From Setoptus koraiensis (lineage: Eukaryota; Animalia; Arthropoda), in NCBI GenBank assembly GCA_048013815.1, contig CM106586.1, positions 9,672,001 to 9,736,000 on the forward strand: a DNA stretch of 64,000 bases. The letters run 5' to 3'. Shown piece after piece: positions 1 through 13,317 of this stretch. A program made the translations under genes and the position numbers. Every line of letters starts with the position of its first letter. Positions within the stretch are counted from its first letter, which is position 1. The notes beneath the pieces are model-generated. The model was not told the DNA's origin, ran no database searches, and saw nothing but the letters and a program-made list of their open reading frames with translations.

Positions 1-899
1 ATGCGTCTATTAGTCTTTTGCTCTCTTATTCCCGTCGCAGTCCAATGCGGCGCAACGAACACTTTGTTTTCAATTTTAGTTCGGTGTCACCACCACATGA
101 TGTCTGATACAGTTAGTATTTTGAAGCCTACCCATTTATCATTGGTAGCAACATGAAAAGCATCCAGATTGTTCTAATTAATGATGGTGGTTAATAATAG
201 TGTGTGCCCAATAAAAATCGCACTACCACCACCACCACCACCGCCGCCGAAAACAACATTTCAACCATATAACAAGTGGTAGCAATGAGTGGCGGAAATA
301 AAACAATTATACGCTAGCATTGCACAATCATCATCAATATGTTCGAGTGGTGCAATGCTGGCTTATCACACCCTACTCGCTACAGTATCACGGACAATGT
401 TCAATATTGTATGAAAGGATATAAAATGAAAACGAAGGGACTCTCAATCTGTAGTGATTTGGCTAGTTGAGCTCACTCGCTGTGTCTGCATACCGGAGAG
501 CACCGAATTGCCTTGTTCTTCGATTGAATATCACCTACCCTTGTGGTGGAACATATCTGTTGCAGAGCTTGATAATATTTTGAGCTAATATTTGCAAATT
601 TTTTTATCACAATTAATTCATGAAATAGCCAGCAACACTAACATTTGCGACAGCAATCTAATGCGCACACCCTATAAAAAAGTTTCACTACTGGTCTTGA
701 ATTATCATCTATCTTTGGCATCTCAATCGCATTGAAGCCCCATGATTCAATCGTAATCAATCAGAGAGTATCTTGGAGATAACGTGTGTTGCAATGATTT
801 ATATTATCATTACGATCGCCGTCAGCGATAGTCAATAAGCTGCCATAGCTGTTCACATATGCCGACCTTGATCTATGGGCTTCCTCTATTGAACCATTA

Positions 900-1471
900 T
901 TATTTGGCGTGTTTTGTTTGTCTGCTCATTTTTACTTTGATGTATCGTTGCATTCTTTGAAACATCTTGTCGTTGCGTAGCATTATACACTCGAGCTTCA
1001 ATACATCTGTCTCACATATGATACGATCTTGATGCTTCTTCGGCACCGACCTTGATATCATTCTATTAACCCTTGTTATTTCTTTCTTGCTCGTTCGAAT
1101 GCGATCCATTGTGATTCTTAGTTCACTTTCTCAGGAAACTAGTGAAGCCTTTAGTGTAGAGTCACTAGTAGGGTTCACTCACTTTTGTTTGCTAACCTAC
1201 TGATTGACCAGATAACCATGATGGGGAGATATGGCTTCTTTAGCTGTTTTTGTACAGCATGAATTGTTGTCGTATTACAAAAGTGAGTCGATAAGAAAAT
1301 ATACATGTAAATGCTGTCAGAGATAATAGTGATCAATCCTTGAGGTTTTTTCGAGATGTTCACAGTGTCGCACACGCCGAAATAACAACAAGTAGATGTC
1401 TCCTCTTCTACAGTATTTAACACCACAACAATATATCGCACGTTATCGTAAAAATCACTATAAGGGTCCAT
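900..1471 (-). CDS. Possible uncharacterised two-exon protein (~170 aa)
   Basis: ORF 1471-1175 ends over a GTGAGT donor (1182). A GAG acceptor at 1130 would join it in frame to ORF 1109-900 through a 53-nt intron. No recognisable domain. Confidence 0.2.
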
Positions 1472-1784
1472 TTTTCTACGTGATATAACTCATCAATGTT
1501 AATTTCATCAATTGTTTGTTTCCTTCTCGCTTGATGTAAGAGGATTGTTACACGAAGAAAAGGCATGGAATCAACGTGCATTTTACTTGATAGTCACAAA
1601 CTCATAAGTCGGACATCGTTGGCTACCAACTGTGGACGCTAGATCTCTTCTTGATTTGTTCATCAAAAGTTACCGCAAATCCCTAAGAATTAACAGCAAT
1701 AGCTGCTTATTAAGAAAACATTTTATCCAACATCAATTCAAATTGGCCAACAATCAACAGAACTCAAAGACGGAATCATACAAA

Positions 1785-4700
1785 ATGTTGAGCATAAAGA
1801 AAATTATTTATTTATTATTAGTCCTCCCATATCTATTAAGTATAGAACTATCTCTTGCTGTGTTAGCTTTTCGTCCTCATCGATCTCTAGAACATTCGAC
1901 ATTAACCCAAAGAAGTTATCAAGATACATCTGTTTCCATAGCCAAAGATTTAAATTTCGTTAACAACAAAAGTAGTGAGAAAAGCGGGGAATCAGTGGAC
2001 AATCAAACTTCAGTTTTGAGCGAGAATCTAAACAACAAATTTATCCGACATGAAGTGTCAGATTTTATTCAGCCGATATTTTATACATTAAGAATCAAGG
2101 CTGATCCATGTCGAACACGTTTCTCTGGCCAGTTGCTGATATCACTCAATATAACTTCAATGCCGAGCGACGACGGCATCAGATTTATCAGTCTTCATGC
2201 CAATGAGAATATCAAGATACGTCAAGCCTTCTTTATACAATCGGACACAACACAAATTAAGGCATCTGCACTTGGGCGAGATGTTGAAAACGAAATATTG
2301 ACAATTGATTTTCTGCCAAACTTCATCACAGACATCTCCGGACATCTCCTGTTAGTCTATAGCGGCCAGATCGGTGAAGATAGACATGGTCTATTCAGAA
2401 CGCGCGGAGGCTCTCGCATTAGTTCTAACGATACATCAAAACAAATATCTACATCAGGAATCAAGGATGATATGAGTTCTTCGGTATCGAATGGCACAAT
2501 ATGCAAAGACGATCATGACAGAGACGACTTTGGCTTGGCCACCCACTTTCAACCAAATGACGCAAGACGTGTTTTTCCGTGTTGGGTGAGTCACAATAGA
2601 TACAAAAAATCAACACTTGTTGTTGTCTATAATTTTGTTTTAATTTGCAAATAAAGTGACAATCTTGACTTTCAACTGCTGTCTTTTGCCCAATGGATAC
2701 GCTTCAGGACGAGCCACATTTGAAGGCGAAATTCAAAATTCAACTCTTGACTCCAGTGAACAAATATACAGCCATCTCTAATATGCCCATCAAGAGTATA
2801 TATCATAGTTTGTCGGCTTCAACTGGGGAGCCATTGCAGGAAATAGTGTTCCATTCTACGCCGCCGATGTCCACTTATTTAGTGGCGCTAATTGTAGGTC
2901 AATACGACTGCATAGAGGACGTTACTCCAAGTCAATGTAAAGTGCGAGCCTACGTTCAGGGACTTTCTTCGGGACACTCTTCGTCGATTTCGACTTGTCA
3001 GCAGATGGTTCCTTCAGTTTCAGACGAAATAAGAGATTCACACTCAAGCACTACACAAAATGTTAATTTTCTTGCTGCTCCGCAACAGAGCCAGACAGAT
3101 AGTGATGCTGATAAATCAATTCCATACCGCAATAACGCCAGATTTGCTTTGACAGTCGCTGTGAAGTCTCTCGATTTTTACGAGAAATTATTCAATATCA
3201 AGTATCCACTGGCAAAGTTTGACTTGATTGCCATAAAGGATTTTTTACAGGGGGCAATGGAAAATTGGGGTGCTACAATATACAGTGAGAATTACATGCT
3301 TTGCGACAATGAAACATCTTTTAGGAATAAACAATATGTCGCTCTAGTGGTGGCACATGAAGTGGCTCACCAATGGTTCGGCAACCTGGTCACATTGAGA
3401 TCTTGGTCATACTTATGGCTCAACGAAGGATTCGCTGAATTCATGATGTTCACTTGTATAGATACCTTGTACCCCGAATTCAATATCTGGCGTCTATTCG
3501 CTACAGATAATATGCGCCCCACCATGGAGGCCGATATGTCATACTACACTCATCCCATAGAGGCACAGGTGAATAGTACACGTGCCATACTTGATATATT
3601 CGATCAGATCTCATATAATAAAGGAGCTGCCATAATCAGGATGCTTCATCAATATGTTGGAAGCGAGAAATTCTATCAGAGTGTGAGGCACTACCTTGCC
3701 AAACATGCCTACACTAATACTGTGAGTAAAGATTTGTGGAGGTCGTTTCAAGAGTCCAGTAATCACTCCATCAGTGACTTCATTAGCTCGATGATGTACA
3801 ATTGGACAAAATTAACTGGTTACCCTTTGCTTAGGGTTAAAATATCAAAACAATCCCAATCGAGAGCCAATAAACAGTTGATTATCAAGCAAGAATTGAG
3901 CATCGAACAAGAAAAGTTTGATCTCAGCTCTTCTTCGCAAGTGGCAGATCCAATTTTTACCGATTTATTGACAAACACAAACTGGAATGGTAAATTATTT
4001 AATAAAGACAGTTATTCTGGCATTAACAAGAACAGTAATAATAGTAGTACAAAACCGGATACCAAAAATGAAGCGCCCCTCTGGATAATACCAGTAACTC
4101 TATTGGCGAAAAGTCGTGGCATTGATAAAGTTCAAAATGCTCTCGTGAGTGGACGTAATAAGACTATTCAAATCACCAGTGTAGTGACTGATATCGATCG
4201 AATTCAACCACACAACTCTGATAGTTGGTGGATTAAGCTAAATTATAACTATATTGGCTACTTTAGAGTTGATTATGTGGATTCATTTAATTGGATGGCA
4301 TTGGGTGAGGCTGTGAAACGTCAAGAGTTAAGCGTCATCGACAGATTGAATCTCCTAGAGGATCTATACGCGCTTGTCAGGTACGGAAAAAGACGTACAG
4401 TCGACTACCTGGAATATCTCAAGCGTTATTATATTGATGAAGAAGAGTATATTGTATGGTTTAGTATTTTTGATACGCTCAGGGGTATACGTCTACTAGT
4501 ATCCAATCACCAGGATACCGTTGATGGTCAAGCAGATGAAGAATCAACGGTCAACTTGGATTACTACAATTTATGTATGCAATCATTTTTACGTACTACA
4601 CGGATATACAAATCAGTAATGTCCTCAACCAGTGAAGAAGAATTCTGGTTTGAACGTCCAACAAATGCTAGTCAATCGTCAATAAACAAAAATGATGTTG

Positions 4701-5515
4701 TTGACCAAAGGCAACAGCTTAAGATTCAATTAGTCAAACATCTTATACAATTTGATGATTGGGAGATAAAATGGAGAGCGCGTCAATTTTTTCTTCGCCC
4801 AAGATCTGAAATGCAACGAGTAGATGCCAACCTAAAATCATCTATTTACAGAGCTTTGCTCACAGACTCAGAGGATGAGAGACTACATCAGTGGTTTTGG
4901 GATCGCTACAATCATGAAGATACCAGCTCCTACGAGAGATCGTCGATATCAACTGCGTTAGCTTTAAACAAAAACAAAACCCGTCAAGATGATATGATCA
5001 TACGAGGCATTATGCAGAACAAATTGCGTCATCAAGATGCTCAATTGGCCATTCAATCAATTGCGACAACACAAAATGGCCGCAAGCTATTGTTACAACA
5101 TCTCATATTAAATAACAAGCTAATACGCGAAAGAGGATATCTAATCACATGGTTGAAATCTTTATCTTTCGGTTCAGATCAATATCAGAAGCTAGCTCAA
5201 TTCTTTAAGGCACGAGATAAATTAAACACTTCTCAGTTGATGACAACCCAAAATCAGTCTGCACAAAGTGAACTTCATGAACATATCGAGAAACCTTCAG
5301 TACTGCCTAGCGCGGTGAACCGCCGATCCGAGCTGTATGGGAACGAAGATGTAAACCCTAGTCATCCCTCCTGGAATCTGGACCCGGCCGAACTTCATGC
5401 GCTCAATTCAGCTCTGGAGACCATAGAATTGAATCGGAGATGGTTAAGACGCGATGGTCCACAACTAATAGAATATTTGAAAACACAATTAAGAAAGATA
5501 AGAAAACAAGTCTAG
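1785..5515 (+). CDS. M1-family zinc aminopeptidase with N-terminal signal/anchor
   Basis: Motifs ARRVFPCW|DEP, GAMENWG, HEVAH (HExxH) followed by WLNEGFA, and YNKGA. One GTGAGT...CAG intron at 2586-2707 rebuilds FPCW-DEP. ATG 1785 precedes a hydrophobic segment (IIYLLLVLPYLLSIELSLAVLAF); the track's GTG start at 1632 is unlikely. Confidence 0.9.
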
Positions 5516-5742
5516 CGCGAGTGATCTTGTTTCCAGTGTATCTGTATCTACTGATTGAATTGCGTCCGAGTAAAATTCCACTCATAAATGACCTCGATAA
5601 TAGCATCTCATGTTAGGCTATCTCTACCTTGGAAATATCATTACAGTTTATTTTGGAATGTTCTTTTGGTTGAGTAGTATCCTTTCAATTTTAGTAGTTT
5701 TGAGTAAACATTCAATAGTACTCAATTTCACTGAGCATCTCA

Positions 5743-8040
5743 TCAAGTGAACCTTCTTTTGTAAATTTCCATAAGATCTTCCACTGACGACCTCTGTTGC
5801 TGGGTCAATGCAAGACTATCATCTTTATCATCCGAGGTGGGCTCAGGAGCGCTGAACTCCACAAGCTTGTTAAAAAACACGTAATGAGGACTCTTTATGG
5901 AATCCCCTGTCTCGCTGTCCTTCACATCTGATGGGCTTTCACAGTATTGCAGATTCACGACTTCTTGCTCATAACAGTTCATCAACATTTGGTGAACAAT
6001 AAATGCGTTAGATAGATAGTCCTCGCCAAGATTATTCTTGCATTCGTGGAGACGAATTCTCAAGGAATTTTCTACCGATGGTATCTCACTCTTTGATCTC
6101 TGACCAGATTGGCTGAGCAGAGCATACAGATATTCTATATTGGTTGAAGATGATCTGAGAAGAGAAAGTCTGCAAGCAATATCTTTCAATTTAGTTTTAG
6201 AGGGACCGCGACGCCACCATTCATACGGATTCTTATCGGAAAACTTGTACGCAGAATAGCCACCGGTGCGAGTTTCGTAATGGTCATAATCATCAAACAT
6301 TGCTAATGAGTCTGCATCGTTGAAACCCATGCTGTGTCCTATGCAAACAATTCTCTTTGTAGCCATCAATTTCGCTGTAGCGGTTAAATATCTAGATCTA
6401 TAACGAGGATCGAGGACATAACAGGCTAAGACTAACTCAACATCCATGTTAGGAAAGTTTTTAACGAGACTTTCCAAGAATATATTTCGGAAAGGATTGT
6501 TGATAGTCTCAAAGCACAATCTTGCGAATGATAGTATTTCATTGAATGTGCCTGAAATATTTGAGCCATTACTTTCGGCTATACTTATGGCTTTGCAGAG
6601 TGGTTCATAAAATACTCGAGCTGCCTCGAGGTCGTTCCAAAAATCCGGGTCCAATATAGACTTTCTGACTTCTGAATAGGTAACTTGTCCTTGCACATTA
6701 TCATCGAGTGCTTTCATTTCCAAACTCCTTTTATTCTTGGAGATACTGTTCATCTTCCAACCAATATAGTACCACCGAGTGGCGACATCGTCAATCAGAT
6801 TGGAGTTTGCGTTCTCATTAGATTTTTTGTTAATATTAGCATGATTCTCCATGAACCCAAGAATATTTTCCATCTCTTGAATGCGTGCCTTAAGATAACT
6901 ATTATTAGAGGCATAGTAGCCTATTAATGTCAATACGTGATCAAGAAATCCTGAGCCTATAACAGTTTCACAGCCTGGTTGGTCGGTGAATTTTTGGCGT
7001 ACTTCTAAACAAGTCGCGGAAAGATTAGACATGATGGCGTTAATTTTAGTATACGGAATATATTCACAGATAGTTTGCGTCAAGAATTCTAGAATACCAG
7101 AAGCTGTTAATTGAGCAGTGGCCTCGTCTTTGAGCTTTAGGAGATAAATTTTCCCATCTGGTAACGATGCAGTGACAGACATGAGAGTGGCATTGAATCT
7201 ATCTTTCCAGCAGTCGAATTCAATGGATATACTCTTAGGTGGTGATCCTCTCAATTCTCTTCTCATAGTATTCTCTATTTCAGATGTGATACCAGGTATA
7301 ATCAAATCTGTAAATATTTTTTTATCAGGTAAAGTATGGCCCAATAGAATGTAGCTCTTTTTTATCATAATATTATCAAGCATTGACATGGATAATCCAC
7401 CAATTGCTATTCCTCTGGCAATGGCATCATTGACGGGATTAAACACATCGTCTCTGATTTTAATAACAGTTGGTTTGTCTTCATGTTCAATAGACAACTT
7501 TTTATTGATGTCTCTATTGACATGAATCCTTCGGCTGGTTTGTCTTTTTTGTTCCTTATCTATTTTTTCCTTAGGAGCATTTTGAATAATAAGCTGCCTG
7601 GTGGCATGTGGAATAGCTTGGCAAACTTCTGCATGAGATTGAAGTCTCCTCGATCTGGCCATGCCGTAGATCTTGCCACACATGCATTCGGCCGATCTGG
7701 CCCCAAAATGATTGCGTTCTCCATATTTAAATACAAGATCTAGTGTTTTGTTGAACACGGGACGGCCGCACTTGGCTCTACTAATATTGTTGTTGATGTT
7801 AGTATGATTGTTATTGCTAATATTATTGCCACCTGTGTTATTATTACTGCCATTGCTATTGCTTATGTTTGTCCTTTCACTGAATTCTGTCGGCCCAACA
7901 GTATAATCTGAAGCGCCTTCATGACTTTGATTATCACCATAACTTGTTGACTGGTCCTTCGCCTGATTAGGACTATATAATGCTAATTCACGATCTTGCA
8001 CCCCCCCATACACACATTCAGCAACCATGTATGTGGACAT
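5743..8040 (-). CDS. hAT-superfamily transposase-derived protein (BED-like finger, RNase H-like fold, hAT dimerisation domain), probably domesticated
   Basis: Intact 765-aa single-exon ORF. BED-like AECMC...LQSHAEVC; SIEFDCWKD (first catalytic D); TRW motif; C-terminal NPYEWW...LKDIACRLSLLRSSSTNIE matches the hAT WW...LLS.P.SS..E pattern. No TIRs seen in the flanks. Confidence 0.7.
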   Translation of the reverse strand: MSTYMVAECVYGGVQDRELALYSPNQAKDQSTSYGDNQSHEGASDYTVGPTEFSERTNISNSNGSNNNTGGNNISNNNHTNINNNISRAKCGRPVFNKTLDLVFKYGERNHFGARSAECMCGKIYGMARSRRLQSHAEVCQAIPHATRQLIIQNAPKEKIDKEQKRQTSRRIHVNRDINKKLSIEHEDKPTVIKIRDDVFNPVNDAIARGIAIGGLSMSMLDNIMIKKSYILLGHTLPDKKIFTDLIIPGITSEIENTMRRELRGSPPKSISIEFDCWKDRFNATLMSVTASLPDGKIYLLKLKDEATAQLTASGILEFLTQTICEYIPYTKINAIMSNLSATCLEVRQKFTDQPGCETVIGSGFLDHVLTLIGYYASNNSYLKARIQEMENILGFMENHANINKKSNENANSNLIDDVATRWYYIGWKMNSISKNKRSLEMKALDDNVQGQVTYSEVRKSILDPDFWNDLEAARVFYEPLCKAISIAESNGSNISGTFNEILSFARLCFETINNPFRNIFLESLVKNFPNMDVELVLACYVLDPRYRSRYLTATAKLMATKRIVCIGHSMGFNDADSLAMFDDYDHYETRTGGYSAYKFSDKNPYEWWRRGPSKTKLKDIACRLSLLRSSSTNIEYLYALLSQSGQRSKSEIPSVENSLRIRLHECKNNLGEDYLSNAFIVHQMLMNCYEQEVVNLQYCESPSDVKDSETGDSIKSPHYVFFNKLVEFSAPEPTSDDKDDSLALTQQQRSSVEDLMEIYKRRFT

Positions 8041-9353
8041 TATTGTATTGTTACGTGTATTTGTTGTCCTTTACAATGGTGAATATTGGCCCTTTAATTT
8101 ATGCCAATGGGCGAATATTGATTTAATGTACAAATACTGGGCTAAAAATATCAACAACTAATAATAGACATTGTGTGAACGATGGAGCTCCAGGGTGAAG
8201 CATAAGTGATGGAAAAAATTAACAGAGTAGACATAACAACGTTGATTAAGTGATTAATGTAATACGTAGTGGCATTACAAAAACGACATTGGCAAATATT
8301 ATTAATGTCGATGCGCAACTCTAAGCAAATTGTAGCCATCAAGGGACATGAGAGGGGAGGAAACGCTCGCTCGTGATATCTGGAGATTGCTCGGTGCCGC
8401 CAAACAGAAGGCTTCATCGCCGTATAACTGCTGTTTACAACATTCGGTCGGACTGATTAGTCTTGGTGCAAAAATGTTATTTGCAGCAGCGGCGGCGAAT
8501 AGTGAGTGGGGGAAAAACTTTTTGGGCAGCGGGCGAATTGAATCAGCTCGCTCAATTTGAGCGGCTCAAATCCGTTTATTAAAACCCGTGAAAGATGCTT
8601 GTAATCACTCGGCTATCTTCAGCTCGGCTTGAATGTCCACTCGGGAAGCTTTGTATTGATTCTTGGCCGATATTAGATTAAAACATAGTGGCAAAGACAT
8701 GCAAATATGCGACGAATTTCGCAAATCTGCTCTACAAAAAAAAAATCCCCCGCTTACGCTGCTGCAAATGACAACTTTGCACTATCTTGAACCGTTAAGA
8801 AGCACCATGTGCGGCACACAGGCACAGAGTGTGAAGTTGCGTCGCGTGTGCTTTCGGGACCGGCTATTATGCATGTTAGTGGCGGGGTGCTCAGTGTGCC
8901 GTCGATCAGCCCAACATGCTCGTATCAAGTGTGCGCTCAGACACGAACTGTGCCCGCGTAGCACGCACCATCGGTGGCGTTGTGACAATTGAACTGCAAC
9001 AGCGGCAGCAGCGTAACTTGAGCGGCAGCGCGCGAGCGATCTTTACACCCTGTATACACATGCCCTGTATGTGTCAATGCAACGACAATTATCTCGCACC
9101 GTGTTGTGAGTGTGTGCGCTAGCGGCGAGCCAGCCATGAGAAGAACGGCAGCGTTACAGCAGCGGTGCAGCAATGGTGTAATAATAGAACTTCTCGCTTT
9201 GCACCAACCGATGATGCACCACTATGGCCCGCCGCGGTGACAGTGGTTCGCCGAGTTTGCGCAATCGTACACAAGGCTGGTTGCACCAACTCGGCTCCAT
9301 CGACTGGCTGCTTTGGGTGAACAAGCTATTCATGTTCGCCACCGACGAACCTG

Positions 9354-9356
<3 letters not shown>

Positions 9357-9398
<42 letters not shown>
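9357..9398. repeat. (CT)21 microsatellite
   Basis: Perfect CT dinucleotide run, read directly. Confidence 0.95.
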
Positions 9399-9402
<4 letters not shown>

Positions 9403-10317
9403 TTGTCAGTGGTCATGAGGCAAGGCCAGCAATTCGAACAAGGCACGACACAGTCACTGTATTACAGTGTGCACGCCAACTACTGCCACACACGGCTGCA
9501 TAACACGCACGCAGCAAGCAAGTTGTGTGCACTGTTATCGGGTCGAACTTGATAGCTGAATAGCGTATATATAGCACACATGTGTTAGCTTGGTGGAACG
9601 AAACAAGATGAACGGCAGCTATGAGGAATGTCGCGTAGAGACGATAGAATTAACGACCATATAGAATATATGTGGTATGGTGGCGAGATATTCGATCGCC
9701 ATTCGCACACAGAATCCATGCACGGATCACTCTCACAGCGCGCACTATAGTTCCATTTCGACACTTTTGTTTTGCTGTTTTGGTGTGGCTCCTCTAGATT
9801 GTTCGATCATTTGCATCGACAATCTAACAATAGACACAGAGGTCACAATTGAAAATGTTCCACGGGCCAACGCATCACACAATAGGCGGCCATCTTGTAC
9901 AAAATTGTCTCAAGCCAGTGGCGCCATTGTTGGCCATTGTTGGCGGAAAATCGATCGATTAAGCGCTCAATTAACCATTGCATAATTACTATAATTAACC
10001 ACCATCCGCCACTATGCACCATCAGCTGAATGATCCATTACTACCAATATATTATTGATATCAAACATCATCGTTATTATTATTATCATTATTATTAGTA
10101 TTATTGTCACCATGGCGGACAAGCAAACCATTGACGCTCGGAAACAAATTAAGACCGCAATAACGCTCTACAGACCACTTCAAGCAATCAGAATAATTTG
10201 CTCGTAATTAGACTCAACCAAAATCATCATAAATTAGGGCGATTAGTTGGGCAGACATCATCGGTTAACATTAGTAATTAGTACATTATCATCAATTACT
10301 ACTTGCGTCAGTACAAC

Positions 10318-12158
10318 ATGGACCCCACGGAGGATAGAGAGAATAAATCTAGAGCATTTCTTAAGCAAATGTCTGAAAGGTCCCGGGCATCGGCAGCTAG
10401 CATCGACTCTGATGTCGACAGTCTGCACCAGCAACAATACTCACTGCAACAAATATCTTCATCGGCAACCAATACCACATCTGATAAAAAAGTTCTTCAC
10501 AATAGGCAAATCAACCAAACAGACATGGACAATCTTTCTATCGAGGAGAAAGATGATACGCTTGGGGCGCTACAAGATGAAGTTGCTACACTCAAAAAGT
10601 CATTGGAGAACGAGAAATCAAAATTAAACGATGTTCCATGTAAGTGAATAACCAACTCACACTCTAAATTAGTTTGTCATGTATCACTTGAATATCATCT
10701 TGATAAGAGACATCTCCGACAAGATCTGAATCATTTTAAGTGCAATGTTACATAATAATAATGCAATAACCAATATCTTATTTATACGTCATTCATTCGA
10801 TAGTTTTTTCAGTGGCCCACAAGCTTGATCATATCGCCAATGTCACTATAAAACCTAGACGAGTTCTCAAAGGTCATTCAGGGAAAGTACTATGTCACGA
10901 CTGGTCGCAAGACAAACGACGACTAGTGAGCTCCTCTCAAGATGGCAAACTAATTGTCTGGGATGCCTTCCTCAACAATAACAAGGTAGTCTATGAGGCT
11001 GAAATCGCTCCACTATGAAGCATAGACAATTGCTCTCTATCAAAATGACAATTTTACTGATATGAATCTCTATTTGTCATTATTCTACTAATCTATTTAC
11101 TAGCAAGAACACACTATCACTATTCCAACTACGTGGGTTATGGCTTGTGCTTACGCACCATCGGGGAATTTTATTGCTTGCGGTGGCTTAGACAACAAGA
11201 TCACAGCTTTTCCTTTCTACACAGACGAAGATGTTACCTCTAAGAAACGTCCTATCGGAACTCACACTTCATACACCAGTTGTTGCATGTTTTTAGGGAA
11301 TGATCAACAAATACTAACTGGCAGTGGCGACTCAAGTTGTGCTCTATGGGATGTAGAATGTTCAACACTAATACAAAGTTTTCATGGACACACTGCAGAT
11401 GTTATGTCATTAGATGTTTCTCCTAGCGAAACAGGTAACACATTTGTTTCGGCTGGCTGTGATAAACGGGCACTTATTTGGGACACAAGAATAGGTAACT
11501 GTGGACAGAATCAATACATACAATCATTCAAAGCTCATGTAGCCGATATAAATTCCGTTAAGTTTTACCCAAGCGGAGATGCCATAGTTACTGGCTCGGA
11601 TGACACAACGGTAACTGTCTCCCACTCACTTCAAATGTTGCACTATTTAATAACAATATTATAAATACAAATTCTAAATGTGATTTTTCTCTCTATTTTT
11701 TATGAACTGAAGTGCCGACTTTATGATCTACGAGCTGATAGGGAAGTAGCTATTTACCAAAAAGAGAATATAATTTTTGGTATAAACTCTGTAGATCTTT
11801 CAATAAGTGGTAAGTAACAAAGACACTCGGACATCATCTCAGATATTAGAAATGAGTTACTAACATGTCATTGTTCCTCTGAACAAACAGGTCGTATCTT
11901 ATTTGCTGGAGGAAACGATTATTCTATACATGTTTGGGATGCCCTTAAATGCACCCGAATTTGCATCATGTACGGACACGAAAATAGAATTACGTGTGTC
12001 AAAGTTTCACCGGATGGTAATGCTTTAGCTTCTAGCAGTTGGGATCATACTATAAGAGTAAGTTCCAGTATTTAACAAACTATAACCTCATTGAAGAATA
12101 CCTCAGATGATTTCTAACAAGATCCTTTCACGTCCCTTCATTCTAGGTTTGGGCATAG
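10318..12158 (+). CDS. GNB5: Guanine nucleotide-binding protein subunit beta-5 (WD40)
   Basis: Six exons: 10318-10639, 10804-10985, 11104-11610, 11713-11809, 11891-12057, 12147-12158; all introns GT-AG. Gbeta5 motifs [59 protein letters not shown] and terminal VWA*. Confidence 0.95.
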
Positions 12159-12334
12159 TTTTTTTCGCATCTAAATTGAAAATTGTTATGATCTATGGCA
12201 AAAATAAACGGTCTAATAAATAAAAGATTGAACTTATCGAAGATTTTTCAAAAGATTCGAATCATATATCGGAGAAAGACAAACATTCTGGTGAATTTTT
12301 CTACAAGTAAAATTTGATTTAATGTATAAGTGCG

Positions 12335-13317
12335 CTGGTTATACTTGCGAAGTGGGCACCCATCAGATTGAGGTATTTTGGGTATTTTTGAGTAGAGTAT
12401 AGTACCCTGATACCAGATTGGGTATTTATAAGATGTAGAAACTTACGATTTCCGAGTTACCCGAGGTACCGCACAGTGGGCGTTTTGAGATACCCGAAGA
12501 CCGCTAGCGGTTCCCACTCCTTTTTTTGAAGATAATTTTGTTACAGCAAGGTACAGTCGAGTATTTTGAACTCAGGAATCGTATACCGGAAGTGTTAAAA
12601 TGAACCCGATGTGCGATACCAGGATTTACCCGGGTATTTCGGGTATCCGAGTTAGTAATAGGCTGCGCGAGGGTAATAATCACAACCGCATGAGTGCGGC
12701 ATGACCGTTGCCGTCACCCGTCACCAAGGTAGATACCACACTCGGGACCGCACCTGTGATGGGTCTGAGAACTCGGCCTGCGGCCTCGTAATCTGGAGGC
12801 CGTCACATCTCCTTCGTCGCTCCCGCGACGACTGCGTGCGACGGGAACCCTTCGGGTATGGTTGATGAGCGCTTCGGGTATCGGGCTGCGCCCTCTACCC
12901 TCCGCTCACATGACTGCAAACCATAGACGAGAGTAAGAGACAAGAAGAAAAGTTGAAAGCCTCGGAACATGATTCAAGCGCTTCGACGACTTGTGTGGCG
13001 ACATGTCTGAGCCTCTCGGCGCACGTATTTTCTCGTGCGCGCGAATATTTCGTCCCGGGCGGAATACCCGCGCGTTTTTCCTGAATATCTCTGGAACCGG
13101 AAGTCGCACAGGCATGAAATGGACTACATTGTACTGAGAATGACTGTAGTCTGCTGCATACCAAGTTTCATGTCTCTAGCTCGAAGTTGAAGCTAAAACC
13201 GGAAGGAGTAATTTCTACACTTCCGGTCTAGAAGAATCGTCATCAGGGGCCTCTAGAGTACTCACATGGTGAGTTTCGTGGTGATCTGATGGGTGCCCAC
13301 TTCGCAAGAACACCCAG
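12335..13317. mobile_element. Non-autonomous terminal-inverted-repeat DNA element (MITE-like)
   Basis: 34-bp TIRs at 12335-12368 and 13284-13317, 31/34 matching with the inner 25 bp perfect (CTTGCGAAGTGGGCACCCATCAGAT). TGCG flanks both sides (12331-12334, 13318-13321). The interior has many GGGTAT/ATACCC motifs and no transposase ORF. Confidence 0.75.

Noticed and set aside
1-899. Poly-Pro/His/Thr-like stretch (CCA repeat near 226-248) as a coding exon
   Set aside because: All six frames are interrupted by nearby stops and no consistent splice model emerged.
1632-1784. GTG-initiated N-terminal extension of the aminopeptidase
   Set aside because: Non-ATG start in a eukaryotic gene; ATG 1785 directly precedes the signal/anchor segment.
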